Of a DNA stretch of 64,000 bases, positions 58,898 through 64,000 are shown in pieces. The stretch comes from Candidatus Latescibacterota bacterium. GTDB lineage: Bacteria; Latescibacterota; UBA2968. Positions within the stretch are counted from its first letter, which is position 1. Each line of letters opens with the position of its first letter. The stretch is taken from assembly GCA_965198115.1 (NCBI GenBank), contig OZ240241.1:2368001-2432000 (forward strand), read 5' to 3'. The notes under the pieces were generated by a model. That model saw nothing but the letters and a program-made list of their open reading frames with translations, was not told the origin of the DNA and ran no database searches. A program made the position numbers and the translations under genes.

Positions 58898-59286
58898 CCG
58901 GATACTTCCCTTTAGAAAATTGGAAAGCGGGGATCAGCACCCGTTCGATCCGATGTATGATGCAGAACCGATCACGCTTCACGTAGCTGGATCAGCAGTA
59001 ACGATGGGTTTCGGGCAACCACAAGCGTTGCATAGGCGTGGGCTCCCTCGGGGTCGCATGAAATGGAGAACTCACCGATGTGAGTAGCCCCTCTGGTTCG
59101 ACGCCAGCAGGGGCATTTCTCTTTGGGCATCCGGATCTCGCTGACGACCTGCACCAGGGGCTACAACGCTCTACATCTCGCTTGGAGTTGATCTCTTTGC
59201 GCGATCAAGATACGGAAGGCGACGGATGATGGAGCTCGATGAAATCGGCGGGTCCTCCGTCTGACGTCAGAACAGGAGCAACTGCG

Positions 59287-60644
59287 ATGAAATTATGGAT
59301 GGACGTCATGCGGGACCTGGAGAGCGTGATGAACGATCACGAGCGCATCCTCGATGCCTGGAGTGAAGGCGGCGTGGATAGCGTCGTCTTCGGGCCTCTG
59401 ACGTTCGGCACGTCCAAGCTTTCCAAGGACGCCAGGGCCGCCCCCACGGGTGACGTGGTGGCCGAGGCCTACGACCCCAACCCGGCGATCTACGAGCGTC
59501 TGGGTGTGGAACCGCCGAGGCCGCCCGAGCACAAGCTGCCCCAAAAGCGAGCTCTGCTGGAAAAGACGATGATCGCCGCCAAGGATCGAGGCATGCAGGT
59601 CTATTGCATGTACGCCGATGGCCCAGGCGGCGACGGACACCACCTGCACGACGACAGACGCTGGCCTCACGCGTGGCGCGTATGGTAGACACCCTCGAGC
59701 ACTTTCCAATGGCCGACGGCGCCGTCATGGACGAGCCCGAATAGGGCTACGAGATGGCGCCCCACCACATGAACCACCGCTCCTATTTCTTCGACGATCT
59801 GCCCGAGTCGGTAGCGCCTCTCGCGAAGGACCTGGGCTACGATTACCCGGCCATGGTGGCCGCCGGGGAACGACTGCTGGACCTGTTCCACAACCTCGAT
59901 CCCGCACGCATTCGCGCCCACGCCCGCGGCGGCCTCGTGGGTGCCCATCGCATGCTCGGCGCCGACCCCGACCTGATGGCGTGGTTGTCCTTCCGCGTCG
60001 ACTCGCTGACCCGCTACTACCGGCGCATCCGCGAGGGTGTGGCGGCCGAACTCGACCGTCCGATACGACTCGGCTGTGGACCGCGATCGGCGGCCTTCGC
60101 CCCATTGTGCGGCTACGACTTCGTCGAACTGGCGCAATTCATGGATTTCCTGCTGCCCAAGCACTACTTCTTCCATCGCGGCTTCGACGGCTTCGTAGGC
60201 ACGGTCTACCGCTACTCGCAGACGCTCATCGAGTGGAACCCCGGCCTGACGGTGGCCGACACGCTCGAAGTCGTGCAGTCGCTGTTCGGCATCATCCTGC
60301 CCGGCGTCGAGGACAGGCTCGACTTCGAGAGTGCCCTGACACCCGAGTTCTTCGAGCAGGTCGTCACCCAGGAGACCCGCCGCGCTCTCGCCGCCGTCGA
60401 CGACCCGGAGCGTATCGTGCCCTGGCTCGACACCGGCCGCTTCCCACACGATGGCGACCCCATGTCGTCACGCGACCTGAAGATGCTGCTGGATGCGGCC
60501 GAAGACGCGGGCCTGAAGCGCTTCAACTACCACCACCAGGGCAACCTGAGCGCCGGCGAGTGGGTGGTGATCAGCGACAAGTGCGGCACGCGCTGGGACC
60601 CACGCACCAGCGACTGGGAGCCCACCGACGACCTGGTGCTGTAG
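59287..60644 (+). pseudogene. Hypothetical protein (possible TIM-barrel), frameshifts and in-frame TAG at 59742-59744
   Basis: ORFs 59287-59688 and 59754-60644 join via ..DTLEHFPMADGAVMDEPE*GYEMAP. Confidence 0.65.
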
Positions 60645-60717
60645 AACGGCCTTGCCGATCTGCAACCCAGCCGTGAACCAGATTCAGAGCACGTAGACCC
60701 ACACGATGAGGTGAGCA

Positions 60718-61649
60718 ATGCAGCAGCGATTCACGAGGACACCGTACTACACCGGGCCCGATGATCCGGAGATCGGTGAAGTCAGGGGGCCGCTCCAACT
60801 CGGCGAGACGGTGATCATCGAAACAGTCGGCGGGCACGACCAGGATTACGAGAACAACCACGAGCATCGCGCCGGCGCGGTAATGGAGGTGAAGGAGCCG
60901 CGCTTCTCCAGACCCGGGGGACCGTTCTTCATCGAGGGCATCGAGCCGGGGGACTGGGTGTCGCTCGAGATCGCCGATATCGAGCCCGGACCGTATGGTT
61001 TCTATCGCAACGGCGGTCCTCACTGGGGGAGTCTACGGCTGGTGGCACCGGTTCGGGATGGCCTCGTCCACTTTCCGCCGGACTTCGTCGTGCCCGTGCG
61101 GCCGATGATCGGCTACATCACACTCGAATCCGTGGCGCCTCACCAGATCGATCACGGCGGCAACACGGACTTCAACTCCTATCAGGCCGGCAGCACGGTT
61201 CACATCAGGGCACAGAAGCCGGGTGGGCTGCTGACGTTGACAGACGTCCACGCCCGCATGGGAGACGGTGAGCTCACCGCCACGGGTGTGGAGATCGATT
61301 CGGCCGTCACCCTCAAGGTCGACCGCTCACGTGGGTTTCCCTGCAGCAGTCCAGTGGTCGAGAAAACGAGGCACGTCGAGGGGTCAGAGGAGTGGCTGAC
61401 CAGCGGCCGCGGGGCCGGGTGGGAGGAAGCGGTGAAGATCGCCTGGTCGGAGATGGTCGCCCTGATCGCCGACGAGTACGACACCACGGCGGAGTTCGCC
61501 AATCTCATCGTCGGCACGATCGCCGATGCGCGACCCGGATACAGTGCTGGCGCATTGAACCAGCGCGGGCAAAGCGGGAGCCAGTACATGACCTGTCAGC
61601 TGGCCGTCACCAAGGGCTGCACCGCACCGGGGAGCCATACACCGACTGA
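60718..61649 (+). CDS. Acetamidase/formamidase family (frameshift in last codons)
   Basis: GPFFIEGIEPGD, PVRPMIG, HGGNTD, DVHARMGDGEL..TGVE. Confidence 0.88.
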
Positions 61650-61662
61650 GATCAGGCTGGAG

Positions 61663-63851
61663 TCAAGCTTCCGTGTCCACCGTCTCCGGCTGCAAGGCCC
61701 CCCCTGGCCGAAAATCAGAGAAAACGCCTTCCCCTCATCGCTTCTCGTCCGGCCGTCCAGGTAGCTGATGCTGATGGCGCGGCGAGGTTTATCGGTCGGG
61801 TTGACCGCAGAGGTGTGCAGCATTCTGTTGTGCAGGAGGATGGCCTGGCCTGCCGGACACTCCAGAGTTTCCGGTGTGTGTGTGGCAAGCACATCCACAA
61901 CCTTTTTTTGAACAAGGACGTCGTCATTCGGAAATAGATGTTGGGTTCCCGGCAGGACTTTGAGGCAGCCATTGGTGCTGGTCGCATCGTCCAGGGCCAT
62001 CCAGACGGCGGCTTCTGGCGGCCGATCCAACCCGGCGTAGAGATCCCAGTGCCAAGGTAGGACTGTGCCTTGCCGAGCCGGTTTGTTCATGAACATCGCC
62101 CAATAGATTGTGATCGGAACGTCCTTGCCATACGCCCGTTGGCAGACGTGGTGGAAGAGGGGTTTCTGCATATAGGCCAGGTAGAGCGGATCGAATTCGA
62201 GCCCCGTGATTTTGCGATAGGCCCGCGTCGCGCCTTTGTGACCGAGGGTCTGGGGGTCCATGTCTTTGTAAAGCCCGCGGTTGTCTGGACACTCGGGTGA
62301 GTGTATTCAGGCGGCCTTTCGAGTTGCCGTGAGTGCGTTTCTAGCCTGTTCGGGCGTCTTGTAGCCGTGACGTTCGATGATCCACCTGTGGTTGTATCTG
62401 TCCCGAAACTCAAGGAGTGCGAGGCGCAGGTCTTCGATGGTACTGAAGTGTCTAACCCACAGGAGGTTTTCTTTGAGGGTACGGATGAACCGCTCGGCGC
62501 ATCCGTTGCCTTCTGGCTCACGCACGAAACTCGGCGATGTTTGGACGCCGAGGAATGCGATCTCGTTCTGGAAGTCGTCAGAGACGTATTGTGACCCGTG
62601 ATCGTGTCGGAGCTCCAGTCCTTCGGCGATGTTTTCTTCGAAGCCCCCGAAGTGTTCACGGATGCCCTGTCGGATCGGCTCGAGAGCCTCAAAGCGGTTG
62701 GCCGTCTTGGAGGCGTGAATGCCCACACACTCGCACGTGCAGTGGTCGATCGCGATAAACACGGAGGCTCTGCCCTCGTCGACCGTGGGCGTCACAGTCA
62801 GGTCGGTGCCCCACATCTGATCGGGCTTCTCGGTCGTAATCGTGCCATCGTGGGCTCGTCGTTCGCGACGCCGTCCTGGACGCGCCTGGAGCCCGTTTTC
62901 ACGCATCAACCGGCGGACCCGATCCTTTGACGTCCGCATACCGTGAAAGCGAAGCCTGGCCCAGATCTTGCAGTATCCTTCGCCGTGGAAGGGTGACGCG
63001 TCGATCTCCTGCTGAATGAGGGAGACCAATTCCTCATCGGTACCCGCTCCGACCGGGCCTCGCTTCCGGGGTTGCCGAAGATCGGTTACGGATGAACGAC
63101 GAAGCTGGCTGTGCACCGTGGAACGGGGTATCTGCAACACTTTGCACACGCGTTTAATGCTGTAGCGTCTCCCCGTGGAGGGCGAAAGGACCTCACTCAT
63201 TTCCGCGACCTCCGATGCGCCAAAGGGCGGCGGGCTTCCAGACGATCGATTCTTTGTTGCAGCAGCTCGTTGTCCATCGTGAGCTCGCCAATCTTCGCCT
63301 GGAGGTCCTTGACCCTCTCGTCACGCTCGTCGCTCGGACGAGAGCGTAGTGCGGCCTGGGCGCCAGAGTGGAACTGATCGCGCCACTCGCTCAATTTAGC
63401 TGCCGTTACTCCCAGATCGCGAGAGACGCTGTCGAGGCTCTCGCCACGCATCACACGTAATACGGCTTCGGCCTTCTTCTTCACGGAGAAACGACCCTGC
63501 GAAGTCGCGCTTGGATCGGCTGGGCCTCCGCTCGCTCTCGCTCGCTCCGCCCCAACCGATCCCCTAGTAGCCTTGTTCATGGTGGACCCTCCTTTTCGAC
63601 CTACTGTAGGTCAACGGAGTGTCCAAGAAAACCCCGGGGCGCTGGAGGGGGTCCATGTCTTTGTACTGACCGGTTGATGTATCCAGCTGCATCATCATGC
63701 GTTCATACGGCACGTCTGCCTTGCCGAGCATGATTTCGTCGATGCGAAGCCGTAAGCCTTCGAGTTCTTCATCGGTAACCACTCGGCCCAGTCTTACATA
63801 ACCCTTTTCCTCAAACGTCTGCCACTGTGCTTCGCTGATGGTTTCCTGCAC
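61663..63851 (-). pseudogene. PhyH-family dioxygenase interrupted by an IS3-like element
   Basis: FEEKGYVRLG...GQYKDMDP|QTLGHKG..., LPWHWD, NGCLKVLPGTQH, LHTS.VN...PRR. Confidence 0.88.
62267..63646 (-). mobile_element. Two-ORF IS3-like element (orfA 63197-63580, orfB 62307-63200) with a 15-19 bp direct repeat
   Basis: HTH orfA, rve DDE orfB (WGTD, RHDHGSQY, GNGCAERF.RTLKE); IRs share gccc..ggtt.tct.ggacact; gggggtccatgtctttgta at 62252-62270 and 63647-63665. Confidence 0.92.
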
Positions 63852-64000
63852 GGTGTTTACTCCTGGTTCAGGACATTCTCGAACAATCGGCTTTTGCTGT
63901 CTGTGAACGTCTCACGTGGCGACGACCATGTAGAGCTCGGTCCGTCCATCGAAATCCCGAGCCGGAATCGTGGGATCGACACGAAAACCGACCGTTTCAT

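Larger units (their letters stand above)
56414..58910 (-). mobile_element. IS1595-family element with passengers (2497 bp), 8-bp target duplication TTTAGAAA
   Basis: 24-bp IRs gggaaatatccggttaacaaagca and (revcomp) gggaagtatccggttgacaaagca; TTTAGAAA at 56406-56413 and 58911-58918. Confidence 0.95.

Noticed and set aside
1036-59744. Stop-codon reassignment (TGA or TAG read as Trp)
   Set aside because: TGA and TAG terminate many clearly complete genes here, and Trp is normally TGG.
59618-60676. Long Arg/Pro-rich alternative-frame ORFs (this one and many similar)
   Set aside because: Typical high-GC shadow frames overlapping genes with recognisable motifs.

Overview
A roughly 60% GC bacterial accessory region. 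The gene content (EF-hand/dockerin-like secreted protein, GWxTD protein, DUF6785-type membrane protein, many PhyH-fold dioxygenases, Gfo/Idh/MocA and enolase-superfamily enzymes) suggests a Latescibacterota/Poribacteria-like organism; this is inference only. The window is dense in insertion sequences: three ISL3 copies, IS200, IS630, ISAzo13, an IS256 fragment, IS1595 and an IS3-like element. Many genes carry 1-nt frameshifts or Trp-to-stop changes. Three things stand out. (1) From about 33.9 to 50.4 kb, nine orphan, 5'-truncated, co-oriented copies of the 3' end of a sensor histidine kinase alternate with unrelated cargo genes downstream of the full-length (frameshifted) kinase gene. This looks like a cassette-style gene-capture array with no integrase. 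(2) A 2.5-kb IS1595 element with an 8-bp target duplication carries a winged-helix-like ORF, a non-canonical tRNA (UUG anticodon, G32/C37), an Arg-rich micropeptide and a structured RNA-like segment. (3) A tiny remnant of a type I-G CRISPR cas3-cas8 junction is fused to a DinB C-terminal fragment inside the IS cluster. Several PhyH-fold proteins have HxG in place of HxD, the substitution seen in halogenases. All calls come from reading the sequence; no searches were run.
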